64,000 bases of DNA, taken from the NCBI GenBank assembly GCA_016215445.1, contig JACRJL010000003.1, positions 154,924-218,923 on the forward strand. The letters are read 5' to 3'. Under the pieces are notes generated by a model that was not told the DNA's origin, did no database searches, and worked only from the letters and a program-made list of their open reading frames with translations. The position numbers and the translations under genes are program-made. This DNA is from Candidatus Roizmanbacteria bacterium. Its GTDB lineage: Bacteria > Patescibacteriota > Microgenomatia > UBA1406 > GWC2-37-13. Positions 56,593 to 64,000 of this stretch are shown here, piece by piece. Within the stretch, counting starts at the first letter, position 1; each line of letters starts with the position of its first letter.

Positions 56593-57357
56593 ATGAACAA
56601 AAAACTTGTTTTTATAAAGTTAGGTGGTAGTTTGATTTCCGATAAAACTAAAGTCAATCAGGCTAACCTTAAGGTCATTGATAATCTTTCAAAAGAGATA
56701 AAGGCGGTTCTTGACCAAGATAATAATCTGTCCCTGTTCCTTTTCACCGGCGCCGGTGGGTTTGGGCATCCAGTTGCTGAGAAATACAAAAATAACTTGA
56801 AAGAAGGATTAACTGAAATAAAGAATGCCTGTAAAAAATTGAATCAAATAGTTGTTGATACTTTGATTAATCAAAGTGGATTAAAAACAGTTTCTATTGA
56901 ACCGGATAAAATTGTGGAATATAGAAACGGAAAGTTAACTTCGTTACTCAATAACTCCATTTTTCAACTGTTGGGAAAAAATATTATTCCTGTTTTCCAC
57001 GCCGACTTGGTTCATGACAAAAAACTGGGAGTTTCCGTTTTATCTATGGACAAGTTTTTGGCGGATTCGGCGGTTTTTTTTAAAGACAGAGGCTTTAAAA
57101 TCGAAAAAGTAATATTTGCCGGTACAACCTCCGGGGTTGTTGATCGGCATGGCAGGACAATTCCCAGGTTGACCAAAAAAGATTTTGTCAAAATGGAAAA
57201 TGTTTTCTATAAGGGTATAGGGATTGACGTTTCCGGTGGAATGAAGTACAAAGTAGAACAATGTTTAAAATTGGCGGATAGGGGAATTGAGAGTCAAATA
57301 GTAGACGGAAGAACAAAAAATATCTTCAATAAAACAGGCACGGTTATCTCAAAGTAG
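56593..57357 (+). CDS. isopentenyl phosphate kinase (amino-acid-kinase fold)
   Basis: IKLGGSLISDK, GAGGFGHPVAEKY and IDVSGGMKYKVE closely resemble archaeal IPK motifs by recall. Start set at ATG 56593, downstream of the terminator. Confidence 0.85.
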   Translation: MNKKLVFIKLGGSLISDKTKVNQANLKVIDNLSKEIKAVLDQDNNLSLFLFTGAGGFGHPVAEKYKNNLKEGLTEIKNACKKLNQIVVDTLINQSGLKTVSIEPDKIVEYRNGKLTSLLNNSIFQLLGKNIIPVFHADLVHDKKLGVSVLSMDKFLADSAVFFKDRGFKIEKVIFAGTTSGVVDRHGRTIPRLTKKDFVKMENVFYKGIGIDVSGGMKYKVEQCLKLADRGIESQIVDGRTKNIFNKTGTVISK

Positions 57358-57715
57358 GAAGGTTGAGTTGCCAGCCGTCTGCGGTCGGAGTGATGATTTT
57401 CAACAGGTTCCCGGCCAGGACTTGGAAGACGACGATGACAATAAAGACCAAAATCATACCGATCAGGGCATTGGTGATTTTGTTCTGGGCTTTTTGAATT
57501 CTTTCTTTGTCGCCTCCGGAGACTATCCAATCAAAAGCTCCCCAAAGCATATAAATGAGGAGAAACATTCCGGCGGCGATTATAAATAGGTTGATACCAA
57601 AACTGACCAACTTCCCAAACCCTGTGACCGGGTCGTCGCCCCCGAAGTCCATACCCTGGGGCGGTTCGACGGTACCAAAAAGTCCAGGAATATCATTGGC
57701 GCTCAAGTATTTCAT
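57344..57715 (-). CDS. TrbC/VirB2-like 'T4SS pilin' family membrane protein
   Basis: Two TM helices flank WIVSGGDKERIQKAQNKITNALIGMILV, a pattern common in Patescibacteria pilin-like proteins. Confidence 0.65.
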   Translation of the reverse strand: MKYLSANDIPGLFGTVEPPQGMDFGGDDPVTGFGKLVSFGINLFIIAAGMFLLIYMLWGAFDWIVSGGDKERIQKAQNKITNALIGMILVFIVIVVFQVLAGNLLKIITPTADGWQLNLPTLR

Positions 57716-58002
57716 AAGAATTGATTGATACCTAATAGTTTACCAATTAATTGGACAACTACAAAACTGGCAACGACTATAAAAAGGCCGATGACGGCAA
57801 AGGTAATCATGCTTTGAGCTTTTTTTATACCGTCCGGTTCGCTCCCGTGGGTGAGAAGATAAAAAGCTCCGTAGAGGGACATGGTAAGAAATATCAGAGC
57901 TGCTCCGGTCATGACAAGGGGAAGTACGACCTTCAAAAGTGTGCCGATGCTGGATATTTTTGCAGGAGCAAATTTGCTTCCAATATCAAGGGCGTAAACC
58001 AT
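57712..58002 (-). CDS. TrbC/VirB2-like 'T4SS pilin' family membrane protein (paralog)
   Basis: Same architecture (LLTHGSEPDGIKKAQSMITFAVIGLFIV), ATGA-coupled to its paralog. Confidence 0.65.
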   Translation of the reverse strand: MVYALDIGSKFAPAKISSIGTLLKVVLPLVMTGAALIFLTMSLYGAFYLLTHGSEPDGIKKAQSMITFAVIGLFIVVASFVVVQLIGKLLGINQFL

Positions 58003-58069
58003 AATAAAAAGTGTAACCTAAGTGCGTTAATTATGCAATAAATAATGTTTTTAAGATATAATTATCCTA

Positions 58070-59110
58070 ATGTTCAATCCTACTTTTAATATTACCAACA
58101 AGACTCTGACTAATATTTCCAAGATCGAAGCCGCCGAGGAAGTGATTAAGCATTCGCCGCTTCTTCCCTTGTGGGAAAAACAGTTCAAAGAAGACGCCAT
58201 AATAAGATCGGCCTATCACGGTACTCATATTGAAGGCAACGCCCTTCATAAAGATGACGCCAAAGATATTCTTGAAGGTAGGCAAGTAATCGGCAGACCG
58301 AGAGACATTCAGGAGATTATAAACTATAGAAAGGTAATTGATTTTATTGACGAAGAAGCTAAGCGCCGAATTGATAAAATTACTGAGCTTCTTATAAAGA
58401 AACTACACAGAACCATTACAGAGAAAATTTTATCGACAGATCAAGGAGAGTACAGAAATAAGCAGGTAATAATTAGAAACTCTTCAACAGGGGAGGTGAC
58501 CTTTCGGCCGCCGCCTCCATTGGAAGTCTCTTTCTTGATGAGAGAGTTTGTCTATTGGCTCAACCGCGATGACAAAGACAAAATTCACCCGGTTTTAAAA
58601 GCCGGCATCTGTCATCACGAGCTTGTCCGTATTCATCCTTTTATAGATGGTAATGGTCGGGTAGCCAGGGTTTTGGCAACATTGATTTTGCTTTTGGGAG
58701 GTTATGACATTAGACGATTTTTTTCCCTTGAGGAGTATTATGACAAAGACGCCGTCGCTTACTATCACAATCTGCAGAAAGCCTCTTCAGGAGATCTGAC
58801 GACCTGGCTCGAGTATTTTACCTATGGGGCGGCAATCGAGTTTGAAAAAATAAAGGAAAAGATTTTGAAGCTTTCCAAAGACGTCAAATTGAAAGAAAAA
58901 TTCGGAGGTCAGCAGATCTATCTGACGGAAAGACAGATGAAGCTTGTCGAGTATCTTCAGGAAGTCGGTTATATTCAGAATCAGATCTTTGCCAATGTTT
59001 TCCCCCAAGTTTCCGAGGACACGGTTCTTCGCGATCTGCAGGATTTGATAAAAAAAGGACTCATTAAAAAAGTTGGGAGCACGAAAGCGGCACGTTATGT
59101 TATCGTATAA
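58070..59110 (+). CDS. Fic family protein with C-terminal winged-helix domain
   Basis: HPFIDGNGRVARV Fic motif, N-terminal THIEGN, C-terminal wHTH-like segment (TERQMKLVEYLQEVGYIQNQ...). Confidence 0.9.
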   Translation: MFNPTFNITNKTLTNISKIEAAEEVIKHSPLLPLWEKQFKEDAIIRSAYHGTHIEGNALHKDDAKDILEGRQVIGRPRDIQEIINYRKVIDFIDEEAKRRIDKITELLIKKLHRTITEKILSTDQGEYRNKQVIIRNSSTGEVTFRPPPPLEVSFLMREFVYWLNRDDKDKIHPVLKAGICHHELVRIHPFIDGNGRVARVLATLILLLGGYDIRRFFSLEEYYDKDAVAYYHNLQKASSGDLTTWLEYFTYGAAIEFEKIKEKILKLSKDVKLKEKFGGQQIYLTERQMKLVEYLQEVGYIQNQIFANVFPQVSEDTVLRDLQDLIKKGLIKKVGSTKAARYVIV

Positions 59111-59227
59111 GACTCAGCGGTATCAATTTTTATCACAGCGGGGCCCCTGCCCCGAAAGTGAAAAAATTGCTCCCGCCTCGTCTTCAAAGGAAAAAACGAA
59201 GACAACAAATTTCCGTTGTCGAGCTTT
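59109..59227 (+). repeat. structured GC-rich intergenic repeat, copy B (short form)
   Basis: Homologous to 30411-30589. Begins within the Fic stop codon and ends 7 nt before the ligase ATG. Confidence 0.75.
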
Positions 59228-59234
59228 TTGACAT

Positions 59235-60962
59235 ATGAAATTTTCAGAATTAGCAATATACTTCGACAAAATCAGTAGCGTTTCTTCCCGTCTGGAAATT
59301 ACCCGGATTCTGGCAGAGCTTTTTAATAAATTGACCCCGGATGAAATCGAAAAAGTAGTTTACCTTCTTCAGGGTCGAGTCAGGCCAGCGTACGAAGGGA
59401 TTGATTTCGGAATGGCGGAAAGAACAATGATTAAGGCTGCTCTATCGGCACTGAATATAGAGAAAAGTTTTTTTGAAAAAGAATTCAAAAAGATAGGGGA
59501 TTTGGGTGAGACAGTTGAACATTTCAAGAAACAGTACACTTCTTTTGAAGAAAGAGATTGGGAGGCAGTTGAAGTTTATAATTTTTTTTATAGATTGGCG
59601 ACGGCGTCAGGTTCAGGATCACAAGACGTCAAGGTGAGTTTGCTTGCCCAGTTGATTCGTCAGCTTGACGCTTTGTCTTCACGTTTTTTGGTTCGGTTAC
59701 CAACAGGAGACATCAGGATGGGTTTTTCCGATATGACAGTTCTTGATGCTTATTCATGGATGCTCAAAGGAGACAAAAGTTTACGGCCAATGATTGAAAA
59801 AGCTTATCATGTCAGGCCTGAATTGGGCTATATCGGTCGAGTAATTAAAGAAAAAGGCGTTGAGTCATTGGATAAAATCGGCCCCACAGTTTTTACTCCG
59901 ATTATTATGATGAGGGCGGAGAGGCTATCATCAGCGGATGAGATATTAAAACAAATCGGTACATGTTTGGTTGAACCAAAATTTGACGGCTTTAGGCTAC
60001 AAATTCATAAAAAAGGTAACGAAGTCAGGTTATTCTCCCGAAGCTTGGAGGACGTTACTTATATGTATCCTGATATTGTCGAAGGGGCAAAAAAACAAAT
60101 TCAATCAAGAGAGATCATAATTGAGGGTGAAGCAATAGGGTATAACGTTAAAACAGGCGAATTTCTTCCCTTTCAGGAGACAGTACAGCGAAAAAGAAAA
60201 TATGAAATAGAAAAGATGGCTAAAGAAATCCCTTTACGGTTATTCTCCTTTGAATTATTGTTTAAAAATGGAGTTAATTTCTTGGCTAAACCTTTTGTTG
60301 AAAGAAGAAAGGCGCTGGAAGAATCAATCACAACCACAAGAGATCTTTCCAAAGACACAATTGTTATTGCTGACCAGGAAGAAGTCAGTCAAACAGAAAA
60401 ACTCGAGAAACTGTTTGACGAAGCAGTAGAAAAAGGCTTGGAAGGAGTTTTGGCAAAAAAAATCACCGGCATTTACAAACCAGGCGCTAGAGAGTGGAAT
60501 TGGATTAAATACAAAAGAAGCTATTCGGCAAAAATTCAGGACACTATTGACTGTTTGGTGATGGGATATGATTTCGGGAAAGGTAAAAGAACGGTTTTTG
60601 GAATCGGTGCTTTTTTAGTCGGAGTCCTGGATGAAAAGGGGGATAAGTTTGTCACGATTGCGAAAATAGGGACAGGGTTGACTGATGAAGAGTGGAAACA
60701 ACTTCAAGTCAAAAGTCAAAAGTCAAAAGTCAAAAACAAACCCAATAATTATTCAGTTAATAAAATGATGAAATGTGATGTTTGGGTGGTGCCTTCGATT
60801 GTCGTTGAGATTAGGGCCGATGAGATAACAAAATCTCCGGTTCATACGGCCGGACTGGCTTTGAGATTCCCCAGATTAGAGCGGTTTAGAGATGACAAAA
60901 AACCAGAAGACGCGACCAATCTAAAAGAACTGACTAAAATGAGTGGGTTTTCAGCATATTAA
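59235..60962 (+). CDS. ATP-dependent DNA ligase (archaeal/eukaryal Lig1-like, with N-terminal DNA-binding domain)
   Basis: Adenylation motif EPKFDGFRLQIH and later motifs (EGEAI, LEGVLAKK, WIKYK). 575 aa. Confidence 0.9.
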   Translation: MKFSELAIYFDKISSVSSRLEITRILAELFNKLTPDEIEKVVYLLQGRVRPAYEGIDFGMAERTMIKAALSALNIEKSFFEKEFKKIGDLGETVEHFKKQYTSFEERDWEAVEVYNFFYRLATASGSGSQDVKVSLLAQLIRQLDALSSRFLVRLPTGDIRMGFSDMTVLDAYSWMLKGDKSLRPMIEKAYHVRPELGYIGRVIKEKGVESLDKIGPTVFTPIIMMRAERLSSADEILKQIGTCLVEPKFDGFRLQIHKKGNEVRLFSRSLEDVTYMYPDIVEGAKKQIQSREIIIEGEAIGYNVKTGEFLPFQETVQRKRKYEIEKMAKEIPLRLFSFELLFKNGVNFLAKPFVERRKALEESITTTRDLSKDTIVIADQEEVSQTEKLEKLFDEAVEKGLEGVLAKKITGIYKPGAREWNWIKYKRSYSAKIQDTIDCLVMGYDFGKGKRTVFGIGAFLVGVLDEKGDKFVTIAKIGTGLTDEEWKQLQVKSQKSKVKNKPNNYSVNKMMKCDVWVVPSIVVEIRADEITKSPVHTAGLALRFPRLERFRDDKKPEDATNLKELTKMSGFSAY

Positions 60963-61614
60963 AAAATCTGACCGTATATTCTCCAAAAAAAGAGGTTGGG
61001 TTAAACATGGCTCTTCTTCCCGATGCTTTAACTAGGATATTTTTGTCATGGAATATTTTTCCGTATTTAACAATGTGTAAAGATATGTCGACGTCTTCGT
61101 GGACCAATTCAGGATCAGTGCACAGTTCGTTCCTGATTTTTTTCCAGGCGGACTTTCTTACTGCCATCCCGGGGCCGACTAAGGTGTAGTATCCGAGAAT
61201 CAGTTTCGGAATATACATGTAAGGATAGTATAGAGAAGTTAGTCTTTTCACGATCGGCATGTCATAAAATGTGATAGGCATTGATACGCCAACGACTGAT
61301 TTATTCTTGGCAAAATCTGCTTCGATATTTTTAATGAAATTTGAGGGGACGATAGTGTCGCCGTCGCAACGGGCGATAATATCACCGGAAGCCAGGTCAA
61401 AACCGGCGTTTCTCGCTGGAATTATTCCCTGCTGTTTTTCTAAAATCAAAGTGACTTTTTTATATTTCTTGACGATTTCGGCGGTTCTGTCTGTGCTGTT
61501 ATTATTCACAATAATAATTTCATCCGGTTTTTTTTCCTGATTCATCAGACTGTCGAGGCATTTTTCAATATGTTTTTCTTCGTTGAAAACGGGAACAACA
61601 ACAGATACTTTCAT
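60934..61614 (-). CDS. GT2 family glycosyltransferase
   Basis: VVVPVFNEE...NNNSTD...DGD motifs. Confidence 0.88.
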   Translation of the reverse strand: MKVSVVVPVFNEEKHIEKCLDSLMNQEKKPDEIIIVNNNSTDRTAEIVKKYKKVTLILEKQQGIIPARNAGFDLASGDIIARCDGDTIVPSNFIKNIEADFAKNKSVVGVSMPITFYDMPIVKRLTSLYYPYMYIPKLILGYYTLVGPGMAVRKSAWKKIRNELCTDPELVHEDVDISLHIVKYGKIFHDKNILVKASGRRAMFNPTSFFGEYTVRFFNMLKTHSF

Positions 61615-61640
61615 TCTTATATTATAATATATATATCTTT

Positions 61641-62462
61641 ATGAAGCCTTTTTTTTCGATTGTTATTCCTACTTTAAACGAAGAAAAATATCTTCCCAAA
61701 TTGTTATCCGACCTCTATAAACAAAAAGAGAAGGGTTTTGAGGTTATCGTGACAGACAGTTTCTCTAAAGACCAAACCAGGAAAAGCATAGACTTATATA
61801 AGAATAACTTAGTCATGGATTTTATCCTTACTCGACAAAAAAATGTCTCGGCACAGAGAAACTACGGCGCCAAAAAAGCGCAAGGCGACTATTTGATTTT
61901 TTTGGACGCTGACGCGCGAATTAACTCTTCTTTTTTAGAAAAAGTAAAGAAATATATAAATAAAAAAAAAGGCCTTTTATTTTTACCGTATCTTATGCCA
62001 GACATGGAATATAAAGAATACAAACCGCTATTCGATTTAGGAAATATATTAGTAGAGCTTTCTCAGAGCCTGCCTAAAAGATTTTCCTTGGGAGGTTCTA
62101 TAATAATCGAAAGAAATTTTTTCAATCTTATCGGCGGTTTTAATGACGAATTATATCTGTCTGAGGACCATGAACTAATCCAAAGAGCCGGATATTGGGG
62201 AGTGAATTTAAAATTTATTAAAGAAGCCAGAGTATATTTTTCCTTAAGAAGGATGAAAAAAGAGGGACAGATAAAGTTTTTTTATAAATATTTTATTGCT
62301 ACAGCGCGGCGTCTCTTTAGCGGAGAAATTAAGGACAGGATCTTTGAATACCAAATGGGAGGTCAGTTATATGAAGGAGTTAAATTCAAAAAGAAAGAAG
62401 AGTTTTTTGAACACTATTTTCATCAGATAAAAGATCTTTTTAACAACCTTCTTAAAGATTAG
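61641..62462 (+). CDS. GT2 family glycosyltransferase
   Basis: SIVIPTLNEE...DSFSKD...LDADA...EDHEL motifs. Confidence 0.85.
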   Translation: MKPFFSIVIPTLNEEKYLPKLLSDLYKQKEKGFEVIVTDSFSKDQTRKSIDLYKNNLVMDFILTRQKNVSAQRNYGAKKAQGDYLIFLDADARINSSFLEKVKKYINKKKGLLFLPYLMPDMEYKEYKPLFDLGNILVELSQSLPKRFSLGGSIIIERNFFNLIGGFNDELYLSEDHELIQRAGYWGVNLKFIKEARVYFSLRRMKKEGQIKFFYKYFIATARRLFSGEIKDRIFEYQMGGQLYEGVKFKKKEEFFEHYFHQIKDLFNNLLKD

Positions 62463-63244
62463 ATCTTAAAAGTAGAAATTATCGGATAATGGTCGGATAA
62501 ACGGGTTTCGATCCTTTCAGTTTTTTTCAACTTTACGCCTCTATAAAATAGATAATCATTCTTCATTTTGTGGGAAAAAAGTCTATCAAGTAACTTCATA
62601 ACTGAAAGTTGAAGGGGTGTCCAATCTTCTTTTTGTCCAGTTGGAGTGAATTCCATAGTCTGTCTAATGTTTTTTGTCGCTTCTACGAGGTTATACTTTT
62701 TCATTAAATTTTCCAGTTTTTTTCTTCTATAAGGTAGATAGTTAAAGTCGCCGCCTATTATAAGGGGTATTTTTTTATCAATGTCTAATGATTTAAGGGC
62801 TTTATTTATATGGTTGACTCTTAACGCATTTGAGGCTACGACTATCAAGTGACTGTTACAAACAGTCAGTTTTTTGCCAGTGGTTTTATGAATAAAGTCT
62901 GTTCTTAAAACCGTTTTTGGCTTATTGACACCGGCTAGCGTTTGAAACAAAGTAAAAAAAAGCTCTGTCAGATTGCTGCTTATAGTTAAAGAATCAGATT
63001 TGATAAACCTGAACTTTTGCGGATTGTAGTAAGTAGCGACGCCATAAATACGGGCAAGCCTTATAAAAGAATTTGAATAGTCGGCAAGAGAGTAACCTTT
63101 GGTTTCCAGGTGCTTTAAATTGTTGTTATCCGTATTGATTTCCTGGAGGCAAAGGATATCGGGTTGATATTGATCAATGAGAGGTCCTAAATGTAAAAAA
63201 GCCTTGTTAAAGAGGGTATTGTAGATCAAAACTGAAAAATTCAT
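62459..63244 (-). CDS. endonuclease/exonuclease/phosphatase (EEP) family protein
   Basis: PDILCLQE, GGDFN and SDHYPI motifs. Start set at MNFSVLIYN. Confidence 0.85.
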   Translation of the reverse strand: MNFSVLIYNTLFNKAFLHLGPLIDQYQPDILCLQEINTDNNNLKHLETKGYSLADYSNSFIRLARIYGVATYYNPQKFRFIKSDSLTISSNLTELFFTLFQTLAGVNKPKTVLRTDFIHKTTGKKLTVCNSHLIVVASNALRVNHINKALKSLDIDKKIPLIIGGDFNYLPYRRKKLENLMKKYNLVEATKNIRQTMEFTPTGQKEDWTPLQLSVMKLLDRLFSHKMKNDYLFYRGVKLKKTERIETRLSDHYPIISTFKI

Positions 63245-63428
63245 AGATTTATTATACAGGAGATAGCTGCTTTCACCAAAAGAAAGATTATCCACACGCT
63301 TTGGATAACTTTTTATAGAGCATTTGAAAGGGCTAAATTAGATTTATTAATCTATAGGCTATCCCATAGAAGGAAGAAAATTATCTATAGGCCTTGACAA
63401 ACAAATTTTACTCGGTTATATTTAAGTT

Positions 63429-63581
63429 ATGAAAAAAATCGTCCTTTCGCAAAAGCCCAAGTCGAATTTTTTGAAGAATAAGAACCTGAATAGGAATGAA
63501 TTTATCGGTTTCGTCGCAGATCAGTTTAAAAAGCTGTCAAAGAAGAATTTGAGAGTGCCGATTCAACTATATCATCTCTAA
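63429..63581 (+). CDS. small basic hypothetical protein (50 aa), below the ORF-track cutoff
   Basis: Translates to MKKIVLSQKPKSNFLKNKNLNRNEFIGFVADQFKKLSKKNLRVPIQLYHL. Preceded by TTGACA-N17-TATATT ending 5 nt before the ATG and followed by a long hairpin. Confidence 0.45.
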   Translation: MKKIVLSQKPKSNFLKNKNLNRNEFIGFVADQFKKLSKKNLRVPIQLYHL

Positions 63582-63680
63582 AAAAAATAGAGCATCACTA
63601 CCGCTCGTATTAGGGGAACGACGAGTAGTAATGCTCTTTGATTAAATTAGCAAAAATAATTTGGCTTGTCAATAAGGTCG

Positions 63681-64000
63681 CTAATTTATTTGATATATAG
63701 CTCCAATACTATTACTTGACTGGAAGATCAGTCTCCCTATTTTTTTAAACTTGGCTTCATAAAGCCCTTTATATTTTTCTTTCTCCAATCCAGAAACAAT
63801 GACGTATTTAATTTTATATTTCTTAATTAAAGATTCTGCTTTTTTTATTTCTTTAGATTCGTAAATGGAGGCGACTTCGGGGATTCTTTTTCCGACAACA
63901 TTTGACGATCCACGCCAGAGCCATTCATGAACCCACCAGCCGGCGACAGTCGGTAGTCCTGTCATCGCTGATATCCTTTCATAGTCAGTATAGGAGTCGC
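63681..64000 (-). CDS. C-terminal part of a DUF2298-like (YYY-type) membrane protein, truncated by the window edge
   Basis: The frame is open to base 64000 (...DSYTDYERISAMTGLPTVAGWWVHEWLWRG...). The GW..HE.LWRG pattern resembles DUF2298 by recall. Confidence 0.55.
   Translation of the reverse strand, partial: DSYTDYERISAMTGLPTVAGWWVHEWLWRGSSNVVGKRIPEVASIYESKEIKKAESLIKKYKIKYVIVSGLEKEKYKGLYEAKFKKIGRLIFQSSNSIGAIYQIN

Noticed and set aside
1-64000. Alternative genetic code (UGA recoding, as in Gracilibacteria/Absconditabacteria)
   Set aside because: Conserved proteins (GAPDH, PGK, TypA, GltX, Era and others) are full length with no internal TGA. Many genes end in TGA, often in ATGA overlaps, so the standard code 11 fits.
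1-64000. Prophage, IS element, integron or CRISPR-Cas content
   Set aside because: I found no integrase, transposase, terminase, capsid or Cas-like proteins and no spaced direct-repeat array. The only repeat family is the two-copy structured intergenic element reported above.

Overview
An AT-rich, gene-dense bacterial chromosome segment of about 85 CDS, read with the standard genetic code. TGA acts as a stop codon and many genes are joined by ATGA-type overlaps. The content suggests a small-genome Patescibacteria/CPR-like organism; that assignment is an inference. Supporting features are a partial glycolysis/gluconeogenesis set (archaeal-type TIM, PGK, GAPDH, GlpX, class I aldolase), an isopentenyl phosphate kinase, an archaeal/eukaryal-type ATP-dependent DNA ligase, and two tandem TrbC/VirB2-like 'T4SS pilin' paralogs. 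Further support comes from many GT-C/GT2/GT4 glycosyltransferases, an unlinked 5S rRNA, and three two-component systems plus an ECF sigma module. RNA genes are tRNA-Pro(UGG), tRNA-Gln(UUG) and the stand-alone 5S rRNA. I saw no CRISPR array, transposase, integrase or phage genes. The most unusual items are these. (1) A GC-rich structured intergenic repeat occurs twice (30411-30589 and 59109-59227), with compensatory base-pair changes between the copies. (2) Promoters recur in which a TATAAT-like -10 box lies 5-10 nt (mostly 6-8) upstream of the start codon with no Shine-Dalgarno, which implies leaderless mRNAs. (3) A Cheo/SOS-box-like operator sits inside the promoter of a small-ORF plus Y-family polymerase operon. 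(4) Several operator-like motifs are visible: a Zur-box palindrome and 11-nt-phased direct repeats at two two-component loci. (5) Several orphan genes stand out: a His-rich tandem-repeat secreted peptide, a Cys-rich anchored protein with strong expression signals, a tRNA-adjacent orphan next to a GIY-YIG gene, and a pseudo-PP2C/TM/beta-propeller-like protein. All functional calls come from motif recognition by eye; no database search was possible.
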